A program made the position numbers and the translations under genes. Below, piece by piece: positions 29,040 to 40,235 of a stretch of DNA of 64,000 nucleotides. Under the pieces are notes generated by a model. The model did no database searches, was not told the DNA's origin, and saw only the letters and a list, made by a program, of their open reading frames with translations. Each line of letters starts with the position of its first letter. Position 1 is the first letter of the stretch. The stretch comes from an uncultured Spirochaetota bacterium (lineage in GTDB: Bacteria; Spirochaetota; Spirochaetia; SZUA-6; Fen-1364): positions 160,001-224,000 of the forward strand of contig CAWAHW010000004.1 in the NCBI GenBank assembly GCA_963781885.1, given 5' to 3'.

Positions 29040-30320
29040 GTGGCAAAAATCGTATCGATAATCCTGGGCGGCGGCAGGGGCCAGCGCCTGTATCCCTTGA
29101 CCGCCAAGCGCGCCAAGCCCGCCGTTCCCTTCGGGGGCAAGTTCCGGCTGGTGGACATCCCCATCTCCAACTGCATCCACGCCGGGCTGCGCGAGATCTA
29201 CATCCTCACCCAGTTCAATTCCGCCTCGCTGCATCGGCACATCAACAACACCTACCGGTTCGACACCTTCAGCAAAGGCTTTGTCGAGGTGCTTGCCGCG
29301 GAGCAGACCCTCGAATCGAGCGACTGGTACCAGGGCACGGCGGACGCGGTGCGCAAGAACTTCGTCCATTTCGCCGACCAGTCGCCCACGCACTACCTCA
29401 TCCTCTCCGGCGACCAGCTCTACCGCATGAATCTCATGGAGATGTTCGAATCGCACGTGGCATCCGGCGCGGACGTCACGATTGCATCCAAGCCCGTGAG
29501 CAGGCACAAGGCGAGCGGCCTGGGCATCCTCCAGGTGAATCCCAGCTACCGCGTCACGCGCTTCATCGAGAAGCCGTCCCCCGAGCAGGACATCTCGGCG
29601 CTCGCGATACCCGCGCGCATCAAGTCACGGGAGGAGCTGGATTTCGAAGGGGAGGCGTGGCTGGCATCCATGGGCATCTACATCTTCAGCGCGGCGGCGA
29701 TGCGCGCGGCAGTGAACAACTCATTCACGGATTTCGGCTCGGAGATCATCCCCGCGTCCATCCACGACATGAAGGTCTCCGCGTTCGTCTACGACGACTA
29801 CTGGGAAGACATCGGGACCATCCATAATTTCTACGACGCGAACATCGGGCTCGCGTCGATCAATCCCGACTTCAACCTGTACCTGGAAAACGCGCCCATC
29901 TTCTCCAACCGGCGCGACCTTGCGCCGTCGAAGATCAACTACAGCACGATCTCCACGTCCCTGGCGGCGGAAGGCAGCATCATCACCAACGCGAACATCT
30001 CAAACTCCATCGTCGGCATCCGCACCATCATCGAAAGCGGCGCGAACCTGGACGGCGTGGTCTGCATGGGAGCCGATTACTACGAGACGGCGTCGGACCG
30101 CGAGCAGAATACCGCGCTGGGCCGGCCCAATATCGGCATCGGCAGGGTCTGCATCATCAAGCGGGCAATCATCGACAAGAACGCGCGCATCGGGGAGAAC
30201 TGCCGCATCGGCATCGACAGCCTTGAAAGGCCGGACGGGGACAAGGAGAATTACTCCATCCGCGACGGCATCATCGTCATTCCCAAGGATGCCGTGCTCT
30301 CCCCCGGGACCGTGATCTAG
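29040..30320 (+). CDS. glgC: glucose-1-phosphate adenylyltransferase
   Basis: ILGGGRGQRLYPLT, RAKPAVPFGG, WYQGTADAVR, ASMGIYIF, YWEDIGT. Confidence 0.96.
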   Translation: MAKIVSIILGGGRGQRLYPLTAKRAKPAVPFGGKFRLVDIPISNCIHAGLREIYILTQFNSASLHRHINNTYRFDTFSKGFVEVLAAEQTLESSDWYQGTADAVRKNFVHFADQSPTHYLILSGDQLYRMNLMEMFESHVASGADVTIASKPVSRHKASGLGILQVNPSYRVTRFIEKPSPEQDISALAIPARIKSREELDFEGEAWLASMGIYIFSAAAMRAAVNNSFTDFGSEIIPASIHDMKVSAFVYDDYWEDIGTIHNFYDANIGLASINPDFNLYLENAPIFSNRRDLAPSKINYSTISTSLAAEGSIITNANISNSIVGIRTIIESGANLDGVVCMGADYYETASDREQNTALGRPNIGIGRVCIIKRAIIDKNARIGENCRIGIDSLERPDGDKENYSIRDGIIVIPKDAVLSPGTVI

Positions 30321-33300
30321 CTCACCAGGAGCGCCAGTCGATCCTTCAGGAACTCCGACTTCTCCCGCAGGCCGATGGCGCCCGTCTTCAGGAGCAGGAA
30401 ATTGGGCATCTTCGGGTCCAGCGACACCCTGCCGCCGCCTTCGCGCACCATGCGCACCACCCGGTCCACCGACACGCGCGACAGTCGGCTGAACTCCACG
30501 CGGAGCGTGCCCTTCTCTTCCTTGATGGACGTGATGAAGAGCTTGCGGCAGAGGATGCGGATTTCCGCCAGCGCAAGGACGCTCTGCACCTCGTCCGGTA
30601 GGGGGCCGAACCTGTCCTCCACTTCCTTGTAGACCCGGTCCAGCTCCTCGTCGGTGGTGACGGAGGCGATCTTCTTGTAGACCTCCATCTTTTCCATGGC
30701 ATCGGGGATGTACGCGTCGGGAATGAAGCCCGAGTAATCCAGGTCCAGGAAGACCTCGGGCGCCTCGTCGCGTTTCTCCTTGGAAAGGGCGGCCACCGCC
30801 TCGTCGAGCATTTTGAGGTACAGGTCGTAGCCGACGGAGAGGATGTAGCCGTGCTGCTCCCGGCCGAGGATATTGCCCGCGCCGCGGATCTCCAGGTCCT
30901 TCAGGGCGATCTTGAAGCCCGAGCCCAGCTCCGTGTGGTCGGAGATGATGCGGAGGCGCTTCATGGCGATCTCGCTGAGCGCGCGCCGGTCGGGGTAGAA
31001 GAGGTAGGCGTACGCGGGAACGCCCGCGCGCCCCACCCGCCCGCGAAGCTGGTAGAGCTGGGAGACGCCGAGCATGTCGGCACGGTCGATGACGATGGTG
31101 TTCACGTTCGGGATGTCCAGGCCGTTCTCGATGATCGTCGTGGACAGGAGCATCTGCCGCTCGCCGTGCACGAAGCTGCGCATCACCTCTTCCAGCTCGT
31201 CGTCCTCCATCTGCCCGTGACCCACGGCGATGGAGACCTCCGGCACGAGGTTCTGCAGGAAGATGTAGGTCTCCTGTATCGTCTCCACCCGGTTGTGCAG
31301 GTAGTAGACCTGGCCGCCGCGCTCGATCTCCTGGCGGATGGCGCGCGCCACCATGTCCTCGCTCCACTCCATCACGAACGTTTCAATGGGCAGACGGTTC
31401 TGCGGCGCCGTATTGAGGATGGACATGTCGCGGACCTTCATGAGCGACATGTTGAGCGTGCGCGGGATGGGCGTCGCGGTGAGGGTGAGGCAGTCCACGG
31501 TCGTCTTGATCTGCTTCAGCCTCTCCTTGTGCTTCACGCCGAAACGCTGCTCCTCGTCGACGACCAGGAGCCCGAGATTCCTGAACTTCACGTCCTTCTG
31601 GATGAGCCGATGCGTGCCGATGGCGATGTCCACCTCGCCGCCGGCAATGGCCGCGATGGACGCGTTGATCTCCTTCGGCGAGCGGAAACGGGAGAGCATG
31701 GCGATCTTCACCGGAAACCGCGCGAACCGGTCGCGGAACGTCTCATAGTGCTGCTCGACGAGGATGGTCGTCGGGGCCAGGAGCGCCACCTGCTTGCCGT
31801 TCATCACGGACTTGAACGCGGCGCGCAACGCGATCTCGGTCTTGCCGTAGCCCACGTCGCCGCAGACAAGCCGGTCCATCGGCACCGGCTCCTCCATGTC
31901 GTGCTTCACCTCTTCGATGCAGCGCAGCTGGTCTTCCGTTTCCTGGTAGGGAAAGGCAGCCTCGAACTCGCTCTGCCAGTCGGTGTCGGCGCTGAACGCG
32001 AAACCCGGCTCCGACTTGCGCCGCGAGTACAGCTCCAGGAGCCCCTGCGCGAGCTCCTCCACGGCCTTTTTCGCCTTTTCCTTGCGCTTCGCCCAGCCCT
32101 TGCCGCCCAGGCTGTCGAGGCCCGGTTTCCTGCCCTCCTGCCCGATATAGCGCTGGATGAGGTTGACCTGCTCGATGGGGATGAAAAGCTTTTCCCCGTC
32201 GGCGTATTCCAGCGTGATGTAGTCGCGCTCGTTGCTCGCCGCCGATATCCGCTCGATGCCGAGAAAGACCCCGATCCCGTAGTTCACGTGCACGACGAAG
32301 TCGCCGGGCGTGAGCTCGACGAAACTTTCGATGGCGGAGCTGCGCGCGGAGCCGACCGAGCGCGGGATGCGGCGCTTGCGGCCGAATATCTCCGCCTCCT
32401 GGATCACCAGTATCTTTTCAGCAGGGAGCGAGAAGCCCGCCGAGATGCTCTGCGGCAGGATGGCGACCGGAAGGTCCTTGAGGATGTGCCGCAGCCTCTC
32501 GGCCTGCACGTCGTAGACGGCGAAGATGAAGACCTGGTACCCGTTGCGAAGCGATGCCTCCACCTCCTCGCGGAAGAAGGCGAAGTTGCCGAAGAACGAC
32601 CGCGGGCCGTCGGAAGGCAGGCTGTAGGAATGGGCGGCACCCCCCGGTTCCCGCGCGGGCACGGCCGGCCCGGCCGCTGGATGCGGCGCCTCGGAGGCAA
32701 CACTTGCCAGCGTGGGAAACTCCACGCGCACGGGCATCCGGTCGCGAAGCTCCTTGAAATCGAGCAGGATCTTCTGCGGTCCGGGCACCACCTGCTTCTT
32801 CGATCGGGCGCGGCGAAAAAGCTCCAGGTGCTCCTTGCGCAGGGCGGCGGCATTCGACTCCAGCCGGTCACCGTCCACCAGGAAGATGCCCGCGCCGGGG
32901 GAAAGGTAGTCCAGGAGGGAGTACGCGCGGTTGAAACACAGCGGGTAGAAAAGCTCGATGCCGCCCAGCTCGGGGTCGTCGAGCAGCGCCGCCGTTTTCT
33001 GCTCAATTTCCTTTTCTCCGAAGCCCTGGGCGGAAAGCCCTGCCCGGACGGCCTCAATCATGTCCGGGCCGATGCCCACCTCCCGGCAGGGGGCGATGCG
33101 CGCGCTATCCCTGCTGCCCGTGGAGCCCTGGTCCAGCGGATCGAAGCTGCGTATCGCGGTGACCTCGTCGAAATCCAGCAGGATGCGCAGCGCCTGCTCC
33201 TGGCCCGGCACGAACACGTCGATCACTTCCCCGCGCACGGCAAACTCGCCGTGGACCGTGACGGTGGGCACCCTGAGATAGCCCGCCTGCGCGAGGCGGT

Positions 33301-33775
33301 CCGCGGTCTTCTGGGGATCGAGGCGCTCGCCTCTGGTCACGGTGAAGCTGCGCGACGCGAGGTAGGCGGGGTCCGGCACGGGAGTGAGGAGGGCGCGCAA
33401 CGGCGCCACGACGAGGATCGGCGCGCCTTCCATGAGCAGGGAAAGGATCTGCACACGGTCGCCGAATATCGAGGCAAGCGGGCTCGCCCCTTCGTAGGGT
33501 GCGGTGCCCCACCACGGGAAAAGCCAGGCAGGCCGGGCCTCAAAGGCCTCCGCGTCCTGGACGATGTTCTCCGCTTCCCGCTCGGTGGGCGTTACCACGA
33601 GGCACGCTTTGGAGAGCCGCTCGTGGAGCGTGGCGAGCACGAGCGAGAGGTAGGCGCCCTTGGGACCGATCACCTCCACGGGGCCGGCACCCTTCTCCAA
33701 CGTGCCGAGGATGCCCGCGAGGGCACCGGACTTCGCGAAGTGGCGGTCGGTCTGTTTTCGGAACAAGTTTGCCAT
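30317..33775 (-). CDS. mfd: transcription-repair coupling factor
   Basis: VVHVNYGIG (RID), CGDVGYGKT, DEEQRFGV, QLRGRVGR, DLEIRGAGNILG. Confidence 0.97.
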   Translation of the reverse strand: MANLFRKQTDRHFAKSGALAGILGTLEKGAGPVEVIGPKGAYLSLVLATLHERLSKACLVVTPTEREAENIVQDAEAFEARPAWLFPWWGTAPYEGASPLASIFGDRVQILSLLMEGAPILVVAPLRALLTPVPDPAYLASRSFTVTRGERLDPQKTADRLAQAGYLRVPTVTVHGEFAVRGEVIDVFVPGQEQALRILLDFDEVTAIRSFDPLDQGSTGSRDSARIAPCREVGIGPDMIEAVRAGLSAQGFGEKEIEQKTAALLDDPELGGIELFYPLCFNRAYSLLDYLSPGAGIFLVDGDRLESNAAALRKEHLELFRRARSKKQVVPGPQKILLDFKELRDRMPVRVEFPTLASVASEAPHPAAGPAVPAREPGGAAHSYSLPSDGPRSFFGNFAFFREEVEASLRNGYQVFIFAVYDVQAERLRHILKDLPVAILPQSISAGFSLPAEKILVIQEAEIFGRKRRIPRSVGSARSSAIESFVELTPGDFVVHVNYGIGVFLGIERISAASNERDYITLEYADGEKLFIPIEQVNLIQRYIGQEGRKPGLDSLGGKGWAKRKEKAKKAVEELAQGLLELYSRRKSEPGFAFSADTDWQSEFEAAFPYQETEDQLRCIEEVKHDMEEPVPMDRLVCGDVGYGKTEIALRAAFKSVMNGKQVALLAPTTILVEQHYETFRDRFARFPVKIAMLSRFRSPKEINASIAAIAGGEVDIAIGTHRLIQKDVKFRNLGLLVVDEEQRFGVKHKERLKQIKTTVDCLTLTATPIPRTLNMSLMKVRDMSILNTAPQNRLPIETFVMEWSEDMVARAIRQEIERGGQVYYLHNRVETIQETYIFLQNLVPEVSIAVGHGQMEDDELEEVMRSFVHGERQMLLSTTIIENGLDIPNVNTIVIDRADMLGVSQLYQLRGRVGRAGVPAYAYLFYPDRRALSEIAMKRLRIISDHTELGSGFKIALKDLEIRGAGNILGREQHGYILSVGYDLYLKMLDEAVAALSKEKRDEAPEVFLDLDYSGFIPDAYIPDAMEKMEVYKKIASVTTDEELDRVYKEVEDRFGPLPDEVQSVLALAEIRILCRKLFITSIKEEKGTLRVEFSRLSRVSVDRVVRMVREGGGRVSLDPKMPNFLLLKTGAIGLREKSEFLKDRLALLVS

Positions 33776-33811
33776 CGATTCTACCGAAAATAATACGGGG
33801 GAGTATATTTC

Positions 33812-34750
33812 GTGAGAAAGACAATCACCGTGTTCCTCTTGCTCGTCTCATGCACCGTCTGGGCGGCGAGCCAGGATACGCAAGCGTTCAGCATCCGGTT
33901 CTTCGATCAGAAGGTCTACTTCCTCGGCGACCCGATCCAGGTCGAGGCGGTCATCACCAACACCGGGACCGACACGCTGCGCTTCAAGGTGTCCGACAAC
34001 CGCGTGTACAACCTCGACTTCGACGTGCGCACGACCACGAACATCGGCCTGCAGCACGCGAAGCAATTTACCATAGCGCGCAACACGGATCAACCGGTGT
34101 TCTTCCGTGAGATGAGCCTCGAGCCCGGTGAGAAGTACGGCATCGTCGTGGACCTCACCGCGTATGCCGAGGTCGCCTCGGCCGGGCAGTACGTCCTCCA
34201 GGCCTCCTTCTTCCCCGACCTGTTCCAGGGACCCGATTCGGCCAGCATGAAATCCAACCGCCTGTCGTTGAACGTGAAGCCCGCCGTGGCCACCGCGGAG
34301 GAGAAGGCGGTGGTGGAGGCGGAAACGGGCGCGCTCATCGCGCGGCAGACGCTCCCGCCGGACGAAGTGGTGAGCTATACGATCAACGCGCGCCAGAAGA
34401 GCCAGTGGGAGAAGTTCTATCTCTACCTCGACCTCGAATCCCTGATGCGAAAGAATCCCGACGCGGACAGGAGCTGGCGCAACGCCACCGAAGACGCGCA
34501 GATGAAGATGCTGGACAGTTTCCGCGCGCAGCTCCGCCAGACGCAGATCCGCCAGGAGATCAGCGTCATCCCGACCTCTTTCGCGGTGCAGAAAACGACA
34601 TATGACCAGTCACAGGCCACCGTGGAAGTGCTGGAAAAATTCAAGTACCCCGACTACACCGAGCTCAAGGACTATACGTACCTCTTGAAGAAGAGCGACG
34701 GCTACTGGATAATCTATGACTACGAGATCAGGAATCAGGGTACCGAGTAG
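33812..34750 (+). CDS. exported hypothetical protein
   Basis: Signal peptide (MRKTITVFLLLVSCTVWA); clean 312-aa ORF with host-like codon use. Confidence 0.75.
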   Translation: MRKTITVFLLLVSCTVWAASQDTQAFSIRFFDQKVYFLGDPIQVEAVITNTGTDTLRFKVSDNRVYNLDFDVRTTTNIGLQHAKQFTIARNTDQPVFFREMSLEPGEKYGIVVDLTAYAEVASAGQYVLQASFFPDLFQGPDSASMKSNRLSLNVKPAVATAEEKAVVEAETGALIARQTLPPDEVVSYTINARQKSQWEKFYLYLDLESLMRKNPDADRSWRNATEDAQMKMLDSFRAQLRQTQIRQEISVIPTSFAVQKTTYDQSQATVEVLEKFKYPDYTELKDYTYLLKKSDGYWIIYDYEIRNQGTE

Positions 34751-35491
34751 ATGAAGATGATCCTCGTGGCGGCCCACGACACGTACGTGTCGGCGCTGGG
34801 CTACCACCTGAAGCCTCTGGGATTCACACTCGAGCATCGCACGGACCCCGTCGACGTGATCGAGCACATCGACGAGCTGGATCCCCAGGCGATCCTCTTC
34901 AACACGTCCGACTTCCCGCGGCATTGGAAGCCCCTCCTCAAGCTCGTGAGGGAGAAGAAGGCGCGGGAGGACCTCATTTTCCTCCTGGTCGCCCCGGAAG
35001 GCTTCGAGATGGAAGACGCCGCGAAGGCCGCGCACCTCGGGGCAAACGCCATCCTCAAGGAAAATCTCGCTGACAAGAAAGAGCTCTACCGCATCGAGGA
35101 GATCGTCCGCCGCTACCGGTCCGTGCAGGACAAGCGTAGCTTCACGCGGCTGGTGCCGCAGGAGCCCACCGAGCTGGGCATTGCCTTCACCCATCCGAAG
35201 CGTCTCTGCCTGGTCATGGGGCGCATCCGCGAGATCTCCATCCAGGGATCGAGCTTCCTGCCGTCCAACAGCTCCGCCGTGGCCGATCTTTCGGTGGGCA
35301 CGGAGCTGAAGGACTGCTCCCTGAAGTTCGAGGACCAGATCATCAGTGTGAGCTGCAAGGTGACACGAAACCGGGAGGAGCTGGGTCTCCAGTTCCTCTC
35401 ATTCGAAGAAGGCGGGCACCACGCCCTGCTGAAATACATCCAGTCCCGCGCCGAGCGGGCGCTGAAGAGCGCGACGGCCCGCAAGGCCTGA
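34751..35491 (+). CDS. PilZ-domain protein with a degenerate receiver-like N-terminus
   Basis: RSFTR and EISIQG motifs, LGLQF; N-terminal alpha/beta pattern resembles REC. Confidence 0.72.
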   Translation: MKMILVAAHDTYVSALGYHLKPLGFTLEHRTDPVDVIEHIDELDPQAILFNTSDFPRHWKPLLKLVREKKAREDLIFLLVAPEGFEMEDAAKAAHLGANAILKENLADKKELYRIEEIVRRYRSVQDKRSFTRLVPQEPTELGIAFTHPKRLCLVMGRIREISIQGSSFLPSNSSAVADLSVGTELKDCSLKFEDQIISVSCKVTRNREELGLQFLSFEEGGHHALLKYIQSRAERALKSATARKA

Positions 35492-35523
35492 GGAGCGGCT
35501 CCCCGCGGCAGGGCGGGCGCGCA

Positions 35524-37353
<1,830 letters not shown>

Positions 37354-37358
37354 GTCTG

Positions 37359-37610
37359 TTATCCTTTCGCGGCGCTGCGCGGACATCGCGGCACGTGCGC
37401 CCGAGCGCCCTCATAACTCCCCGTTGCCCCGTCTGCGCCATGCACGACGGCGAGCCCCTTTTCAGCGAGCTCCGCGAGAAGAACCGGGCGGTGGTTGCGG
37501 GAGCCCCAGCATCCCGGGCAGACGCCGACGGTCGAAAGCTCACCCGTACGCCGGTTGCGCACGCTGATGAACGCCCTTCCCTCCTGCACTGCCTGGACCC
37601 TCTGGCTCAT
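37359..37610 (-). CDS. small hypothetical protein with CxxC, upstream of ftsH
   Basis: 83 aa; GGGAG SD; promoter TTGTTT-17-TACATT (37655-37627); stop 5 nt before the ftsH ATG. Confidence 0.55.
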   Translation of the reverse strand: MSQRVQAVQEGRAFISVRNRRTGELSTVGVCPGCWGSRNHRPVLLAELAEKGLAVVHGADGATGSYEGARAHVPRCPRSAAKG

Positions 37611-37684
37611 CGTTGCTCCCGCAGTCAATGTACAGATTGGCACCGCCTAAAACAAGCGAGCCGGTTTTCGGGTTGAAGCCTGAA

Positions 37685-37712
37685 TTGACACTGCCGGCCG
37701 CGTGGGTATAGT
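37685..37712 (+). promoter_or_regulatory. sigma70-type promoter of trpS-pfkA
   Basis: TTGACA-16 nt-TATAGT. Confidence 0.6.
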
Positions 37713-37732
37713 GAAGCCCTGAGGAGGAACGC

Positions 37733-38716
37733 GTGAAGGTCCTGTTTACCGGCATCCAGCCGACCGGCGACATCCACCTGGGCAACTACTTCGGCGCCAT
37801 CGCCAACTGGGTGCGGATGCAGCACGAGTACACCACCTACATCTCCGTGGTGGACCTGCACGCGCTCACCATCCCCTATGAGGCGGCGGACCTGCCGCAC
37901 CGCGTCACGGATCTTGCCCTGACGCTCTACGCCTGCGGCATCGAGATGGACAAGGCCGTCTTGTTCGTGCAATCCGAGGTCTCGGGGCATTCGGAGCTCA
38001 CCTGGATATTCAACACCATCACGCCCCTGGGAGAGCTCGAGCGCATGACGCAATTCAAGGACAAGCGGGAGCAGTTCCGTGCGTCGGTGAATGTCGGGCT
38101 CCTGGACTATCCCGTCCTGCAGGCTGCCGACATCCTGCTCTACAAGGGTGAGGTCGTGCCCGTCGGCGAGGACCAGGTGCAGCACGTGGAGTTCACGCGC
38201 GAGGTGGCGCGCCATTTCAACGGCCGCTTCGGGGACACGTTCCCAGAATGCCAGGCCCTCCTCACCGCCACGCCGCGCGTGCTCGGACTGGACGGCGACT
38301 CCAAGATGAGCAAGAGCAAGGGCAACACCATCGGCATCCTGGAGACGGCGGAGCAGATATGGGCAAAGGTGGGGCCTGCGAAGACCGATCCCGCGCGCGT
38401 GCGGCGCACGGATCCGGGCACACCGGAGAAGTGCACGATCTGGTCGTATCATCTGCTGGTCACCCCGGAGGCAGAGCGCGCCGAGATCCACAAGGGCTGC
38501 ACGACCGCGGGCATTGGGTGCATCGACTGCAAGAAGCGTTTCCAGGCAAATCTCATGAAGGTGCTCGACCCGATACGGGAGAAGCACGCGGAGCTCTCGG
38601 GCAGCCGGCGGAAAGAGGCGGTGGAGCGGCTGGACGCCAACGCGGAGAAATGCCGCGCGGTCGCGGCGCGGACAATGGCCGAGGTCAGGGAGAAGACGGG
38701 CCTGAAGAGGGAATAG
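37733..38716 (+). CDS. trpS: tryptophanyl-tRNA synthetase
   Basis: TGIQPTGDIHLGNYFG, YPVLQAADIL, VPVGEDQ, KMSKS. Confidence 0.97.
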   Translation: MKVLFTGIQPTGDIHLGNYFGAIANWVRMQHEYTTYISVVDLHALTIPYEAADLPHRVTDLALTLYACGIEMDKAVLFVQSEVSGHSELTWIFNTITPLGELERMTQFKDKREQFRASVNVGLLDYPVLQAADILLYKGEVVPVGEDQVQHVEFTREVARHFNGRFGDTFPECQALLTATPRVLGLDGDSKMSKSKGNTIGILETAEQIWAKVGPAKTDPARVRRTDPGTPEKCTIWSYHLLVTPEAERAEIHKGCTTAGIGCIDCKKRFQANLMKVLDPIREKHAELSGSRRKEAVERLDANAEKCRAVAARTMAEVREKTGLKRE

Positions 38717-38717
38717 C

Positions 38718-40058
38718 ATGAAAGAAGAAACGGGCTTCGGACCGGAAGACCTGAAGGTCGATTCACTCGGCGAGCCGAAATTCCCCTCCCCGCTGGCTCT
38801 GGGAGCAGCCGACGCGGAAGAATCGGCCAACTACATCTCTGACGAGCGCACCGTGCTCTACGACATCGACCGTCAAACGCTCGTCGCGCGGGTCCGCGAA
38901 GGCAAGGACATTCCAGCATTCGAGCTGGCGGGTCCCCGGCGAAACATCTTCTTCGATCCCACCCGCGTGAAAGCCGCAATCGTCACTTGCGGCGGCCTCT
39001 GCCCGGGCATCAACAACGTGATCCGCACGCTCGTCTTCGAGCTGTACTACCGCTACGGCGTGCGCTCCGTGCTGGGCATCCGCTACGGCTACCGGGGCTT
39101 CATCCCCAAGTACGGGTATGAGCCTCTTGCGCTGAGCCCCGAGGACGTGAAGGACATCCACGAGCGCGGGGGAAGCGCCCTCTCCTCCTCCCGCGGAGAG
39201 CAGGACGCGGGAGAGATCGTGGACTTCCTCCAGCGCAAGGGCGTTTCGCTTCTCTTCACCATTGGCGGTGACGGGACGCTTCGAGGAGCTCACGCCATCT
39301 ACCAGGAGATCAGGAAGCGCGGCCTCCACATCTCCGTCATCGGGATCCCGAAAACCATCGACAATGACATCGCGTTCGTGGAAAGGACCTTCGGTCTTGA
39401 GACCGCGTTCTCAATCGCCGCGGAATCCATCCGCAGCGCCCATACGGAAGCAATCGGCGCACCCAACGGCATCGGGATCGTCAAGGTCATGGGGCGCATG
39501 TCCGGCTACATCGCCGCGAACGCCGCCCTGGCCATGAACGAAGTGAACTTCTGCCTGATCCCGGAAGTCTCATTCGGCATGGAGGGCAGTTTCGGTCTTT
39601 TTGCCCTCACGGAACAGCGCCTGCGCCAGCGGGACCACGCCGTCATCATCGTGGCGGAAGGCGCCGGCCAGGAGCTTGCAAAGGACACGACCGGGAAAAA
39701 GGACGAATCGGGCAACCCCGTCCTCGGCGACATCGGCCTCTACCTGAAGGATTCCATCAAGAAGTACTTCAAGGAGCATACGGACCTGTACGTGAACATC
39801 AAGTACATCGACCCCAGCTACATGGTGCGCTCCGTGCCGGCCAACGCGCATGACTCCATCTTCTGCATCCAGCTCGCCCAGAACGCCGTCCACGCCGGCA
39901 TGGCGGGCAAGACCGGGGCGATCATCGGCCAGTGGAACGGCAAGTTCACGCACGTGCCCATCGCCCTGGCCACCTCCCGGCGCAATGTGCTCTCCCCGGA
40001 CGATCCGCTGTGGCTCTCCGTGCTGGAATCGACCGGCCAGCCCTACCGCATCGGCTGA
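38718..40058 (+). CDS. pfkA: 6-phosphofructokinase (group X type, probably ATP-dependent)
   Basis: TCGGLCPG, IGGDGT, IPKTIDND, MGR, KYIDPSY. Confidence 0.92.
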   Translation: MKEETGFGPEDLKVDSLGEPKFPSPLALGAADAEESANYISDERTVLYDIDRQTLVARVREGKDIPAFELAGPRRNIFFDPTRVKAAIVTCGGLCPGINNVIRTLVFELYYRYGVRSVLGIRYGYRGFIPKYGYEPLALSPEDVKDIHERGGSALSSSRGEQDAGEIVDFLQRKGVSLLFTIGGDGTLRGAHAIYQEIRKRGLHISVIGIPKTIDNDIAFVERTFGLETAFSIAAESIRSAHTEAIGAPNGIGIVKVMGRMSGYIAANAALAMNEVNFCLIPEVSFGMEGSFGLFALTEQRLRQRDHAVIIVAEGAGQELAKDTTGKKDESGNPVLGDIGLYLKDSIKKYFKEHTDLYVNIKYIDPSYMVRSVPANAHDSIFCIQLAQNAVHAGMAGKTGAIIGQWNGKFTHVPIALATSRRNVLSPDDPLWLSVLESTGQPYRIG

Positions 40059-40067
40059 TCCTGTCGC

Positions 40068-40096
40068 TTGACGGGCGTGCCCCGCTCAGCTACTAT
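40068..40096 (+). promoter_or_regulatory. sigma70-type promoter of metK
   Basis: TTGACG-17 nt-TACTAT. Confidence 0.65.
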
Positions 40097-40115
40097 GCCC
40101 CTTGGATCGTTCATC

Positions 40116-40168
40116 CCGTGGAGTGATTTGCGGCCTATTGCAACCACGTAAAAAAGTGCTAAAAAACC
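40116..40168 (+). ncRNA. SAM-II class riboswitch
   Basis: CGTGG-AG-TGATTTG...TTGCAA-CCACG...GCTAAA matches the SAM-II pseudoknot pattern (P1 CGTGG/CCACG, UGAUUU, UUGCAA, GCUAAA); sits in the metK leader. Confidence 0.8.
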
Positions 40169-40235
40169 AGGACCGCTTCCAGAAGCCCGCCTGCGTTTTT
40201 TAGACACCGTTCCATCATCCAGGAGGGTGTTTTCA

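Noticed and set aside
26519-33793. Very long antisense ORFs (822 aa and 980 aa) opposite the helicase and mfd
   Set aside because: Typical shadow ORFs of high-GC coding strands, with no recognisable motifs.
37625-37732. T-box leader for trpS
   Set aside because: The promoter lies about 20 nt from the start codon; no space and no T-box motif.
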